A DNA stretch of 64,000 bases from positions 29 to 64,028 of the forward strand of contig DSAB01000070.1 in the NCBI GenBank assembly GCA_011388275.1. Reading direction: 5' to 3'. Shown one piece after another: positions 51,292-60,828 of this stretch (its first letter is position 1; every line of letters starts with the position of its first letter). The notes under the pieces were generated by a model, which ran no database searches, was not told the DNA's origin, and was given only the letters and a program-made list of their open reading frames with translations. A program made the translations under genes and the position numbers. Source of the stretch: a bacterium (GTDB lineage: Bacteria > Zhuqueibacterota > QNDG01 > DSAB01).

Positions 51292-53301
51292 ATGAAAATG
51301 GGTAAATTTCAAACACGGCATGGAATAATCGGCCTGTTCTTTGCCATACTCCTGAATATTCCGGTTTCGGCTGCCGGATCGGATCACTATGAACAGGGCA
51401 AAAAACTCATCAGGAATGGAGACTGGAAAGCCGGCCTTCAGACCTGGTGGTCGGCAAAAACGGATCCGTCGTATCAGAGTGAAAGGGATATCAGAGTAGC
51501 TATCGGGTTTATCGAGTATGTCACGGATAACGATCTTGAAATGTATTACGGAAATGCCAGTGATCTGTATCTCTGGGCTTTTTCGGATCGGACGGACAGC
51601 CGGTATCTGGATGATTTATGGATGGAGGCTTCTCGCGTGGCGCCTCTTCTTCCGATAGAAGAAGAAAAAGCATGGATCCGCCGAATCAAAAGACAGGACC
51701 CGACCCTTGCCTCGAATATTCACCGTTTCTGGCTGGAGAATGATCCACGGCCCACTACAACCGGAAATGAACGACTGATAGAACATTGGCGGCGGATCAG
51801 TTACGCCCGGAAAACGTTTCAAAAGAACCGAAATTCCGTGTATGATTGTGATGACCGGGGTTTGATCTATGTCAAATACGGAGAGCCGTTCCGAAGAAAG
51901 AGTGGTTTTTTCGGGTCATCCGCTGCTTCGCTGCTGGAACTGTCCAGATGGCTGGGTCCTTCCCGAAAGATGGATCAGGATATGGCTGAATTACGCGCAA
52001 AGGCCAATCTGATCAGAGGGGGGTTTCATTCCTCGGTTGTCAGTGCTCAGGAAGATATTACGATGATGAATATCAAACTGTGGGATCCAAAGCCGGAATA
52101 TGAGGTCTGGCTTTATACGGGGCTTCATGAGAGAAAGCCTGTTGTCTTTCTCTTTTCCAGAGAAAACGGCACCGGTCCCTTTGAGCTGGTAGATGGCGTT
52201 GAAGAGGCTCTGCCACGGATCATGGGAAGGAGCATGGGAAACTATGTGCCGAGGATGCGGCAGGGCATTTATCAGATCATGTATTATGCGGAACTGGCTA
52301 ATTTTGATGATTTCTTCTATCATCGGTACCGGGATCTGGAAATGATCTGGGAGCATGCCGCGAACAATGACCGTATGCCGAACCATCATGAAGTGAAACT
52401 TCTGAGCGCATTCAACAATCACAACCGGGGCGAAGACAAGTTCAACGCACCCTCCAGATATTCCATGCCGGTGAGATCCGACTTTGAATTTCTCACCGGA
52501 GGTATCGATGTAGGCACGCATTTTTATCGGTTTCTTGACGAACAGAATGAACCCGAACTGGTTATTTATGCATTGTCTTCTCCGCAGATTCAGATCGAAT
52601 ATCTGGTTGTCGATGAAAACGGCAGGCTGGGCCCGCCTCCTTACAGGCTGCTGCATACTCTGATTTTACGGGATGACGATCTGAGGGAGTTGTACCGGCT
52701 CAGTGATCAGCTGGTCGGATCCGAACAGAACATGTCGGTTTTCCGTCTTCCCCATATTCACCAGAGAGCGCATTTTACGGTATCGTCCGAAGCGATCTAT
52801 GAACCGGATACAACCGGCCGGCTGAATAATGATTTGTTCCCGCAGGTTCTGGCCCTGGGCAAAGAGTCCTGCCTGGTCGATGCGCCCCTGAACCGCAGCC
52901 AGCGCGATCTGGAATTGAGTGATCTTGTTTTCGGCATCGAAATGCCGGAGGATTTGCAAACTTCCGGTGTGCCCGTTCCGATCATTCCGCTCGATCGGTT
53001 TGCTGCCGATGATCCGGTAAAGATGTATCTGGAGATTTATCATCTGCTGGTCGATGAGAATGGGAAGGGTCATGGCACTATCGAGTATCTCATTACCCGA
53101 TACCGCAATGATGAGAAGAAACAGAAACCGCTGATCAGTTCAAGTTTCAATTATCAAACACAGGGACGGCGGGGCCGGGAACTCGTCAGTCTCGATATTT
53201 CACGGCTGAAATCCGGTGATTATGCGTTTCATGTGAAAGTAACGGACAATTTTTCGAACAGCCAAAAGACCCGATTGGCGCGTTTTTCAATTATCAAGTA
53301 G
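51292..53301 (+). CDS. Exported GWxTD-domain-like protein
   Basis: Signal peptide; FW..NDP.P.T..NE...EH..R..YA..F..DDRG.IYVKYGEP..YEVWLY; C-terminal LSDL..Ig-like domain. Confidence 0.78.
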   Translation: MKMGKFQTRHGIIGLFFAILLNIPVSAAGSDHYEQGKKLIRNGDWKAGLQTWWSAKTDPSYQSERDIRVAIGFIEYVTDNDLEMYYGNASDLYLWAFSDRTDSRYLDDLWMEASRVAPLLPIEEEKAWIRRIKRQDPTLASNIHRFWLENDPRPTTTGNERLIEHWRRISYARKTFQKNRNSVYDCDDRGLIYVKYGEPFRRKSGFFGSSAASLLELSRWLGPSRKMDQDMAELRAKANLIRGGFHSSVVSAQEDITMMNIKLWDPKPEYEVWLYTGLHERKPVVFLFSRENGTGPFELVDGVEEALPRIMGRSMGNYVPRMRQGIYQIMYYAELANFDDFFYHRYRDLEMIWEHAANNDRMPNHHEVKLLSAFNNHNRGEDKFNAPSRYSMPVRSDFEFLTGGIDVGTHFYRFLDEQNEPELVIYALSSPQIQIEYLVVDENGRLGPPPYRLLHTLILRDDDLRELYRLSDQLVGSEQNMSVFRLPHIHQRAHFTVSSEAIYEPDTTGRLNNDLFPQVLALGKESCLVDAPLNRSQRDLELSDLVFGIEMPEDLQTSGVPVPIIPLDRFAADDPVKMYLEIYHLLVDENGKGHGTIEYLITRYRNDEKKQKPLISSSFNYQTQGRRGRELVSLDISRLKSGDYAFHVKVTDNFSNSQKTRLARFSIIK

Positions 53302-53411
53302 GCATCGGTTGTGCTTTTTTAAAAGGGTGAAAGGCCCGGGAGAATGTTAATAAAAACAGGCATTTCCTATTTGAAGAAGAGTAATCATTCATGTTAAATC
53401 ATAAGCAGGGT

Positions 53412-54062
53412 ATGCGAAGCCGGTTTCGGATCATTCGCCGTTCAAGCGATGCGATGCACTTCATCGAACGACGGTTTTACCGGGTCCGAATGGAAAAGGC
53501 GCTGATTGCCGCCCTGGGCCTTTTTTCCCTTTTATTTCTTCTATTCCGTCACGCTCCCCGGAACAGACTGATCCCGAAACCGGTGAGTCTGAACATGGTC
53601 AGTTATGAAATGATACCGGCGACTCGCCAGGGCGGGCTTCCGCGTCCTCCGAATCTTCCCAGCGTTCCTATGCCCACGGAAGATGAATTTACCCTGGAAG
53701 ATGAGACGATTGATGAAACCGCTCTGGATCCGGACATGGACATTCCGTTGTTCGATTCCGATGGCCCATGGGGAAGAGGCACTGTGGGCGGTTTGACGCC
53801 GCGGCCTGTACGGGAGGTTATTCCCGAATATTCCGAAACGGAGCGGCGGAGGGGTATTCGCGGGGATGTTATTCTGGATATTCTGGTGAATGCAGAAGGA
53901 AAGGTCGACAGTGTTGTCATCGTTCAGAATTCCACACTCAGTCAGCATCTGGCTGCCGCGGCCAAAGCGGCGGCCTATCAGAGTCTGTATGTTCCCGCTC
54001 ACAGGGACGGGAAGCCGGTTTCGTTCTGGATCAGACGGCCCTTCCGGTTCGGTAAACAATGA
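53412..54062 (+). CDS. TonB-family protein (paralog of 19084..19722)
   Basis: N-terminal TM, PSVP..ED...EDETI.ET linker, PEY..RRGIRG.V..V..EG.V..PA..GKPV TonB_C domain. Confidence 0.8.
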   Translation: MRSRFRIIRRSSDAMHFIERRFYRVRMEKALIAALGLFSLLFLLFRHAPRNRLIPKPVSLNMVSYEMIPATRQGGLPRPPNLPSVPMPTEDEFTLEDETIDETALDPDMDIPLFDSDGPWGRGTVGGLTPRPVREVIPEYSETERRRGIRGDVILDILVNAEGKVDSVVIVQNSTLSQHLAAAAKAAAYQSLYVPAHRDGKPVSFWIRRPFRFGKQ

Positions 54063-54068
54063 AATCGA

Positions 54069-54764
54069 TCATGATTTCCATTTGGCCCGCTCTTCTTTGT
54101 CCAGAGCGCTGAGGTTGATATAGGCCGATCGAATAACCGCGACAAGGAGAAAAAGGGAAGTGAAAACAGCGATGATATCCACCAGAGTACAATGGATCCC
54201 GAAGATTCGGATATCATTCACGAAGATAAGAACGGTGTTCAGGATGATCATGGCGACCCGGGCCTCTGTTGTGGAAATTCTCAGGTAGGATATCTTAAAA
54301 AGGCCGCGTGTGTTGGTGACCAGATATGTGTTGATATGCGCAATAAAAAACATCGTCAATACGGGCCAGACCAGATATTCCTTGACAAGATGCGAATAGG
54401 CCATCCCGTAGAGCATGAAGGCGATGCCGAAGGCATCGATCAGATGATCGAAATAATATCCGAAACGCGGCCTCTGCTGATTCCGTGCGCGGGCGAGACT
54501 GCCGTCAAGACTGTCTCCGGCCCAGTTCATGATATGCCCCAGACTTGCGGAAACAAGAAAGAGCCAGTGCATATGGGCCAGATAATAGGAAAGCCCGACC
54601 CAGACCATGCCGAACAGGCCGAAAAAGGTTAACATGTCGGGGCTTATCCATCGGGGAATACGTTGGGCGATCCATACCAGGGCTTTTCTTTCCGGATTGG
54701 CCAGGAAACTGGTTTGCACCCGGTGTTCGCTGAAAGCTTTTTCATCGACGATGCTGCTGCTCAT
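54069..54764 (-). CDS. CDP-alcohol phosphatidyltransferase family protein
   Basis: SPD.LT and DSLDGSLAR..FGYYFDH..D signature. Confidence 0.92.
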   Translation of the reverse strand: MSSSIVDEKAFSEHRVQTSFLANPERKALVWIAQRIPRWISPDMLTFFGLFGMVWVGLSYYLAHMHWLFLVSASLGHIMNWAGDSLDGSLARARNQQRPRFGYYFDHLIDAFGIAFMLYGMAYSHLVKEYLVWPVLTMFFIAHINTYLVTNTRGLFKISYLRISTTEARVAMIILNTVLIFVNDIRIFGIHCTLVDIIAVFTSLFLLVAVIRSAYINLSALDKEERAKWKS

Positions 54765-54853
54765 AAAAGCCCCTCCATGATTGACTGCATTTCAAATATT
54801 CGGCTTCCCGAAGATAGAACGCTTCCCTGAAAAGGCGATATTCAAAATGATTT

Positions 54854-55462
54854 TCAGATCCTGGACTTTTTTTCCGCCCATACACCGATTTTACTGATTC
54901 CGACCATCACGAAAACCAGAATAATGAGCAGATAAGCAGGTATCTGATAAATAAACCCGATCTGTGCGATCAGATAGTAACGCGGAAATCTCCCTGCAAA
55001 TACTGCCAGCAGGTACAGCACGAGCGAATAGCGGCTGACAATCGCGGCCAGACGAAACGGTTCAAATGGGATCGGAGTGAATCCGGTAATAACCAGGCAG
55101 ATAAAGGCCGCCCTGTTGAAGAAATGTCTAAGACGGCGAAAAATTCGGTTTTTTTCGATCCTGGCCTGAATTTCCCCTTTTGAAAAAAGCCATGTTAGAA
55201 AGAAATATTCTCCAAAGGCCGCGATGCAATTGCCTGTCGCCCCCAAAAGCGCTACCCATGTCGGATGAAATGTTTTCCCCATGGCCACAACGTACGGAGG
55301 AGTGGGCAAGGGGATTATTGTGCACGCGAAACTCATATAAATAAAAAAACCGGCCAGCTGTGCACCTCGGCTGCCTACAAGAAAAAGCACTCCGACACCC
55401 AGAACCAAAACAAGCCCCAGGATACGCGCAGGCATGGCGAATTGTTCGAAACGATTGTTCAT
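54854..55462 (-). CDS. VTT/DedA-family membrane protein
   Basis: IPLPT, A.GN..A, FTPIPFE..LAA, GRFPRY; multi-TM. Confidence 0.8.
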   Translation of the reverse strand: MNNRFEQFAMPARILGLVLVLGVGVLFLVGSRGAQLAGFFIYMSFACTIIPLPTPPYVVAMGKTFHPTWVALLGATGNCIAAFGEYFFLTWLFSKGEIQARIEKNRIFRRLRHFFNRAAFICLVITGFTPIPFEPFRLAAIVSRYSLVLYLLAVFAGRFPRYYLIAQIGFIYQIPAYLLIILVFVMVGISKIGVWAEKKSRI

Positions 55463-55562
55463 TCCCAGGCGTCAATCTCCTCTTCAGCCCGGCGTTATCC
55501 AGGGTGATCAGGGCTTCACAAAGTACGATATTTATACGGTAAAGTCAAGGTAAACTTGAGAG

Positions 55563-56324
55563 TTATCGGTTCTTTTCAATGTCCAGCCATGCCATGGGCC
55601 ATCGCCATGCTTTCCCGTCGCGTGTCTGTATCACCATTCGCCGGGAACCGGCTCTGACGGGTTTTAAAACGCTGGCTTGCTGTCCGTTGTAACGGTTGCG
55701 TGGATCTTGCATAATGCGCACGTTTTCGCCTGATTTCAGGATGCGGAACCTGGAATAGGGATCTACGATTCGATGCTTTTTTCGAAGCGGTTTCCGGATT
55801 AATGATGCGGCATTCCGCCGGCCTTCCGGCCTGAATCCCAGTTCACAAACGTGTTTCAATGCCCATCGATTGGCGGAGTGTTCGCCTTCCCGTTCATGCA
55901 GACCCGAATGGTACCGGCGATAATGGTGCAGTTCATGAGCGAATAGAAGCGCCAGATGATCCGCCGCTTCTGGATATTGAAAAGTCCAGCCGTATATATC
56001 CGTCTCTGTCCGCGGATACAGAGAAGGACTGGTATCGATTCGCAGGCGGATCAGCTTGAAACGCGCCGGCAGATCCTTCGGAACCGGCCAGGCCTGATTA
56101 AACTTCCACCGTCCGCGCACCGCGTGATAGTCGGAAGGGAACAGCCATTTTTGCACATAGGCGGTTCCCCGGTTCAATCGGGTTTCAGGCAGCAGATAGA
56201 GGCCGACCACCAGGTCATGAGTATCGGTTCCGGCTGCGACTGTTTCGAGAATCTGTTCGATGTGCGCGTTGTCCGCTTTTAATTCATTTTCAAGATGAGG
56301 ATGCCGGTAAATATCAATTCGCAT
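55563..56324 (-). CDS. Hypothetical cytoplasmic protein with HExxH motif and C-terminal SH3/KOW-like domain
   Basis: FAHELHHYRR..EHSANRWA; basic linker; GENVRI..YNGQ.A.V..VIQT.DGK.WRW. Confidence 0.6.
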   Translation of the reverse strand: MRIDIYRHPHLENELKADNAHIEQILETVAAGTDTHDLVVGLYLLPETRLNRGTAYVQKWLFPSDYHAVRGRWKFNQAWPVPKDLPARFKLIRLRIDTSPSLYPRTETDIYGWTFQYPEAADHLALLFAHELHHYRRYHSGLHEREGEHSANRWALKHVCELGFRPEGRRNAASLIRKPLRKKHRIVDPYSRFRILKSGENVRIMQDPRNRYNGQQASVLKPVRAGSRRMVIQTRDGKAWRWPMAWLDIEKNR

Positions 56325-56435
56325 GGACTGTCACTCTTCGAATGCAGATCGGCGTTTTTAAAATATACGACAAATTATTCAGGATCGCAATGAGATTTCA
56401 CGGTGCCGGCCTCCTTTAAACGTCTGCGGAATGAA

Positions 56436-56616
56436 TGCGGTGATGGCAGTTGATTTTACGTCCAATGTCATTATGGCATTTTATTCTGTTTAAAATGCCA
56501 TTATGGCACTTGCTATGTCTGAATGACAGGATAGGATTCAATTTAAGCAAAACAGCATAAGCATATAAAATACAATACTATATGATTCTTCTGCCTGTAT
56601 TGGCATGCCGATTGCA
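56436..56616 (+). promoter_or_regulatory. Putative sigma54 promoter with four upstream palindromic activator sites for hsp20
   Basis: TGGCAT-N5-TTGCA at 56601-56616; TGYCA-N3-TGRCA-like palindromes starting at 56436, 56466, 56496 and 56516; AT-rich spacer between them and the promoter. Confidence 0.7.
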
Positions 56617-56661
56617 TTGGGTCAGGACGAAGATATAAAAGACATGAAAGGAGGCAGAAAA

Positions 56662-57090
56662 ATGTCACTGGTAAGATGGAATCCGCGCCAAAGCCTGATG
56701 TCTCTTCCCTCGGCTTTGGATGATTTTTTCAGAGGGTTTGGGTTGAATTTCGAGGAACAGGACCGTATCTGGATGCCGATTGTTGATGTGGCCGAGACCG
56801 AAGATGCCTATGAGATCAAGGCTGAGATTCCGGGTCTCAAGAAAGAGGATATCAAAATATCTCTTGAAGAAGGCATGTTGACGCTTCAGGGTGAGAAGAA
56901 AGAAGAGAAGGAAAAAGAGAAGAGAAACTATCATCGTATTGAAAGAGTGTATGGTGCTTTTCACCGGTCTTTCAGATTGCCCCGGGAGGTTGAGGCCGAC
57001 AAAATAAAGGCACGTTATGAAGACGGCATTCTGTCCGTTGTGATTCCCAAATCAGAGAAACTCAAACCCAAACAAATCGCGGTTTCGTAA
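56662..57090 (+). CDS. Hsp20/alpha-crystallin small heat shock protein
   Basis: MSLVRWNP, P.VDV.ET, AEIPG..KEDI, RIER.YG.F.RSF.LP, A.YEDGIL.V.IPK; GGAGG RBS. Confidence 0.96.
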   Translation: MSLVRWNPRQSLMSLPSALDDFFRGFGLNFEEQDRIWMPIVDVAETEDAYEIKAEIPGLKKEDIKISLEEGMLTLQGEKKEEKEKEKRNYHRIERVYGAFHRSFRLPREVEADKIKARYEDGILSVVIPKSEKLKPKQIAVS

Positions 57091-57100
57091 ACCCGCAAAT

Positions 57101-57139
57101 AAAAAAGACCGGGAGATCGTCAACTTCCCGGTCTTTTTT
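57101..57139. terminator. Bidirectional intrinsic terminator between hsp20 and yggS
   Basis: AAAAAAGACCGGGA-loop-TCCCGGTCTTTTTT. Confidence 0.9.
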
Positions 57140-57155
57140 ATTATCATTTCCGGGT

Positions 57156-57812
57156 TTAACGCGGGCCGAAAATCAGCGTTCCGATCCGGACGATGTTGGC
57201 ACCTTCCTGAACGGCTATCCGGTATGAATTGGTCATGCCCATGGAGAGTAAATCCATGTTCACGTCCTTTATTCCGGCCTGTGCAATCCTGTTGAACAGC
57301 CTGGCCGTCTCTTTGAAAAAGGGGCGCGCCAGTTCCGGATCTCCTGTAAAAGGACCCATGGTCATCAATCCCCGAATCCTGATATGTTTCAGCCGGGCTG
57401 CTTCGTGAATCAGATTCTCGGCCGCTTCGGGAAGCACTCCGTTTTTCTGGGGTTCCCGGCCGCTGTTGATCTCAATGAGTATTTCCATAACTTTTTGCAG
57501 GGCGGCACAGCGTTTGTCGATTTCACGGGCCAGTTTGAGCGAATCTACGGTTTCGATCATATCGAAGAGCCTGACCGCTTTTTTGACTTTATTGGTCTGC
57601 AGATGGCCGATAAAGTGAAAACGGGCGCGTCCAAGCACCCGATGCGCCACTGCTTCCGCTTCCTGGATATAGTTTTCACCGATGATGTGGACGCCCGCCT
57701 CGATGGCCTCATTCACTTCTTCGGGAGTGCGGTTCTTTGCGGCTGCCTCGAGAAGTATCGAGTGGGGCAGTTCCTTTAGCAATGCTCGAATGTTTTCGGC
57801 GATGGATGTCAT
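57156..57812 (-). CDS. yggS: YggS/PLPBP pyridoxal phosphate homeostasis protein
   Basis: GENYIQE, HFIGHLQTNKVK, GLMTM, LSMGM, VRIGT.IFG.R; ATGA overlap with the dipeptidase stop. Confidence 0.93.
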   Translation of the reverse strand: MTSIAENIRALLKELPHSILLEAAAKNRTPEEVNEAIEAGVHIIGENYIQEAEAVAHRVLGRARFHFIGHLQTNKVKKAVRLFDMIETVDSLKLAREIDKRCAALQKVMEILIEINSGREPQKNGVLPEAAENLIHEAARLKHIRIRGLMTMGPFTGDPELARPFFKETARLFNRIAQAGIKDVNMDLLSMGMTNSYRIAVQEGANIVRIGTLIFGPR

Positions 57813-59041
57813 GATTTCCGATTTTCCGATTTGTCGATCACCTGTCGGAACACACGCATGAAATTTCCGCCCCATATTTTTTCAATGGCTTCTTCCGAGT
57901 AACCCCGTTTGACCAATTCCAGGGTGATATTGGGCAATTCAGACACATCGTCACATCCTTCCACGCCGCCGCCGCCGTCGAAGTCCGTGCCGATTCCAAC
58001 ATGGTCGATGCCGATCAGATCGACAACATGGTCGATATGATCCACCAGATCCTCGACCGAGGCCCTTTGAACCGGGTATTTCCGGCGGGCTGCGTAGTAT
58101 TCATTCCTGTAGTTCTCTTTCAGTTCCGGGTCGTCGATTTCGTAATAGTTGCCATATTTTTCTTCAAGCTTTTTCAACGCGTTTTCCAGGCGCGGATTCG
58201 GCGGCGGCGTCTTGATAAAAGAACTGACAAAACAGATTTGGATAACCCCGCCGTTTTCTTTCAGCGCGATCAGCATTTCGTCCGACAGATTCCGCGGATG
58301 GTCACAAAAGGCTCTGCAGCACGAATGAGAAGCCATCACAGGGGCCTGGCTGTGCTTCAGCACATCATAGAAAGCCTGATCAGAGATATGGGATACATCG
58401 ATGATCATGCCCAGCTCATTCATGCGGCGGACCACCTTTACTCCGAACGGGCTCAGACCGTTCCATTCGGGACCGGCGTTATCCGTGGAAGAGTCGCATA
58501 TTTCGTTGTTTCCATTGTGGCTGAGCGTGATATAGCGGATGCCCCGTTTGTAAAAATAATCCACAAGGTTCAGATCCTTGCCCAGAGGATAGCCGTTCTC
58601 CATTCCCAGGAAGATGGCCCTTTTCCCCGCTTCATGCAGACGCAAGGCGTCTTCAGGAGAGCTTGCCAGTTCGGCCAGTTCAGGATATCTCATGCAGGCC
58701 GCCTTGACCTGATTGATCAGGGTATCGGCATAGGATTTGGCTCTGGAATGACCTTCCGGTGTGCGTTTCCCCTGACCGACGAAAACTGCGAAGAACTGGG
58801 CATCCAGACCGCCATCGGCCATACGGGGAAAATCCACCTTCCCGCTGCCGCGTTCACCGGATGGATGGCGCCGTCCCACATCGAAAGATCCCCTTTCCAT
58901 CAGCATGGGTGTGTCGCAATGGGTGTCAACCGTCCATATCCTTTCATGGATCATCATGGCCTGATTCCGTAATTTGTTTTCACCGCATTGAAAGACCGGC
59001 AAAGCCGTCAGAAGGAGGAAAAAGAGGAAATATCGTTTCAT
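57809..59041 (-). CDS. Membrane dipeptidase (M19) family, exported/lipoprotein
   Basis: Signal peptide ending VFQC; DTHCD, GMENG, DVSH, ASHS, HPRNL.D, GIG.DFDG. Confidence 0.93.
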   Translation of the reverse strand: MKRYFLFFLLLTALPVFQCGENKLRNQAMMIHERIWTVDTHCDTPMLMERGSFDVGRRHPSGERGSGKVDFPRMADGGLDAQFFAVFVGQGKRTPEGHSRAKSYADTLINQVKAACMRYPELAELASSPEDALRLHEAGKRAIFLGMENGYPLGKDLNLVDYFYKRGIRYITLSHNGNNEICDSSTDNAGPEWNGLSPFGVKVVRRMNELGMIIDVSHISDQAFYDVLKHSQAPVMASHSCCRAFCDHPRNLSDEMLIALKENGGVIQICFVSSFIKTPPPNPRLENALKKLEEKYGNYYEIDDPELKENYRNEYYAARRKYPVQRASVEDLVDHIDHVVDLIGIDHVGIGTDFDGGGGVEGCDDVSELPNITLELVKRGYSEEAIEKIWGGNFMRVFRQVIDKSENRKS

Positions 59042-59180
59042 AGCGGACTCCTGTATTCAATATTTGTCGGTCTGTTTGTTAACTGTCCAAAATAAGACCC
59101 ATGAATACCATTATCAAGTCTTTTTTTCATCGTGGGTCGGTGTTTTTGCTTTAGAAAACCCCAAATGACTAACCGGGGGC

Positions 59181-59209
59181 TTGCTTCTTTATTTGAAAAA
59201 TCCTATATT
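59181..59209 (+). promoter_or_regulatory. Putative sigma70 promoter for the DSD1-like gene
   Basis: TTGCTT-17 nt-TATATT in a divergent intergenic region. Confidence 0.5.
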
Positions 59210-59270
59210 GATATGCCGTTCAAAGATTCTCCAATCCATTCAGTGATATATCGCTTTGGAGCAAGAGAAT

Positions 59271-60413
59271 ATGGAATTTATTATACAGGGTCAGCGCACG
59301 TACGGGGTGCATTCCATCGAACGGATTCCGACTCCCGGGCTTCTGGTATTTGAGGACCGGGTCAGAGAGAATTTCCAGCGCATGCGTGAATTTCTCGAAT
59401 CCGTGAGTCCGGGTTCGGGTTTTCATCATCTCTGTGCGCATGTGAAAACCCATAAATCCATTCATATCATGAATCAGATGCGTATGGTCGGTATTCATAG
59501 CCTGAAAACCACGCTCAATGAGCTGCCCTGGGTATTGAGAAGTGGCTGCAGGGACGTTTTCCTGGCCTATCCTCTGCTTGAGAAGGATGCTCGTTGGGTT
59601 GCCGACGCATGCCGTCAGTATCCGGAATCGCGGGTCAGCGTGCATGCCGGCTCCCGGGTGCACATGGAAATACTTCGGCGTGTCGCACAAGAGAGAAATA
59701 TTCGATGGCGAGTATTTCTCGATCTGGATGTGGGCATGCACCGTACCGGCGCTTCACCGGAAACCGCTTCGAGTCTGATTCGGGAACTGGAACAAGGATC
59801 CATGTTTGATTTTATGGGCCTGCATGGATATGACGGTCATAATCACGGACCCACGGAATCTGCGAGAACCAGGCAGTCCCGAAGATCCATGAAAGTCCTG
59901 ATTCAGGTTTTTCATGAATGTGCCGCAGCCGGCATTCCTGTTCGGCGCGTGATTGCGGCAGGGTCTCCTTCGTTCCTGACGGACTTGAGACTGCTCAAGC
60001 GGGACTTGCCTTCCGAAGTCCATGTTCAGGTCTCTCCGGGAACCTGGGTATACTGGGATTCCGGATATGACACACTTTGGCCGGGCGCCTTTTGCCTGGC
60101 GGCCCTGATCCTGGCCAGGGTGATAGACAAGGGGCCCGGTTCCCGTGTCACGCTGAACCTCGGGCATAAGCGCTGGGGAGCGGATCAGGGCCCTCTGGAG
60201 CGATTCAGCCATCCCGGAATGCGGGTAGTATCTTTCAATGAAGAGCACATGGTTACGGTTCTTGAGAAGGGACCCGGTCTTCAGGTGGGGGATTATGTCT
60301 GTGCCGTACCCCGTCATATTTGTCCTACGGTGAATCTTTATGAAAGGGCCTGGCTGATCGATGAGCAAGGCCGTATCGGCCGTGTCATGCCCGTTGATGC
60401 CCGAAACCGATAA
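59271..60413 (+). CDS. D-threonine aldolase / D-serine dehydratase-like fold-III PLP enzyme
   Basis: TP.L, HVKTHK (PLP Lys), D.DVG.HRTG, GYDGH, EEH, P.HICPTVNL. Confidence 0.85.
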   Translation: MEFIIQGQRTYGVHSIERIPTPGLLVFEDRVRENFQRMREFLESVSPGSGFHHLCAHVKTHKSIHIMNQMRMVGIHSLKTTLNELPWVLRSGCRDVFLAYPLLEKDARWVADACRQYPESRVSVHAGSRVHMEILRRVAQERNIRWRVFLDLDVGMHRTGASPETASSLIRELEQGSMFDFMGLHGYDGHNHGPTESARTRQSRRSMKVLIQVFHECAAAGIPVRRVIAAGSPSFLTDLRLLKRDLPSEVHVQVSPGTWVYWDSGYDTLWPGAFCLAALILARVIDKGPGSRVTLNLGHKRWGADQGPLERFSHPGMRVVSFNEEHMVTVLEKGPGLQVGDYVCAVPRHICPTVNLYERAWLIDEQGRIGRVMPVDARNR

Positions 60414-60465
60414 ATGTTTTCTTGTCTGTTCGTTGATCAACAATGAATTGAAAGGAATGCGACAA

Positions 60466-60828
60466 ATGGATGACAGAGTGAAAGAGTTTATTGAATACAG
60501 GGAGCGCATGAACGAGCGTATTCTGAAATCGGACAATCTGGATATCAAACGTTTCTTTAATCTGGATCATGCGGTTTATCGTCCGGGCGCTCTGGACGCG
60601 GGTGCCAAGGAATTAATGGGTCTGGTGGCTTCCATGGTACTGAGATGCAATGATTGTATTTTATATCATTTGACACGATGTCATGAAGAAGGGGTAAAAG
60701 ATGAAGTCCTTCAGGAAGCTCTGTCCATTGCTCTGGTTGTAGGCGGCTCAATCGTTATTCCTCATATGCGGTTCGCCTTTGAGATGTGGGATTCATTGAA
60801 GCGCAAAACACACACTGATGGGAATTAA
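60466..60828 (+). CDS. Carboxymuconolactone decarboxylase/AhpD-like protein
   Basis: GALD..KELMGL.AS..LRCNDCI.YH (CxxC plus His). Confidence 0.85.
   Translation: MDDRVKEFIEYRERMNERILKSDNLDIKRFFNLDHAVYRPGALDAGAKELMGLVASMVLRCNDCILYHLTRCHEEGVKDEVLQEALSIALVVGGSIVIPHMRFAFEMWDSLKRKTHTDGN

Noticed and set aside
56436-56528. CIRCE element or mini-CRISPR upstream of hsp20
   Set aside because: The repeats are 13-bp palindromes that do not match TTAGCACTC-N9-GAGTGCTAA and are too short and degenerate for CRISPR; no cas genes are present.
58001-58972. 323-aa plus-strand ORF
   Set aside because: Antisense shadow of the M19 dipeptidase.
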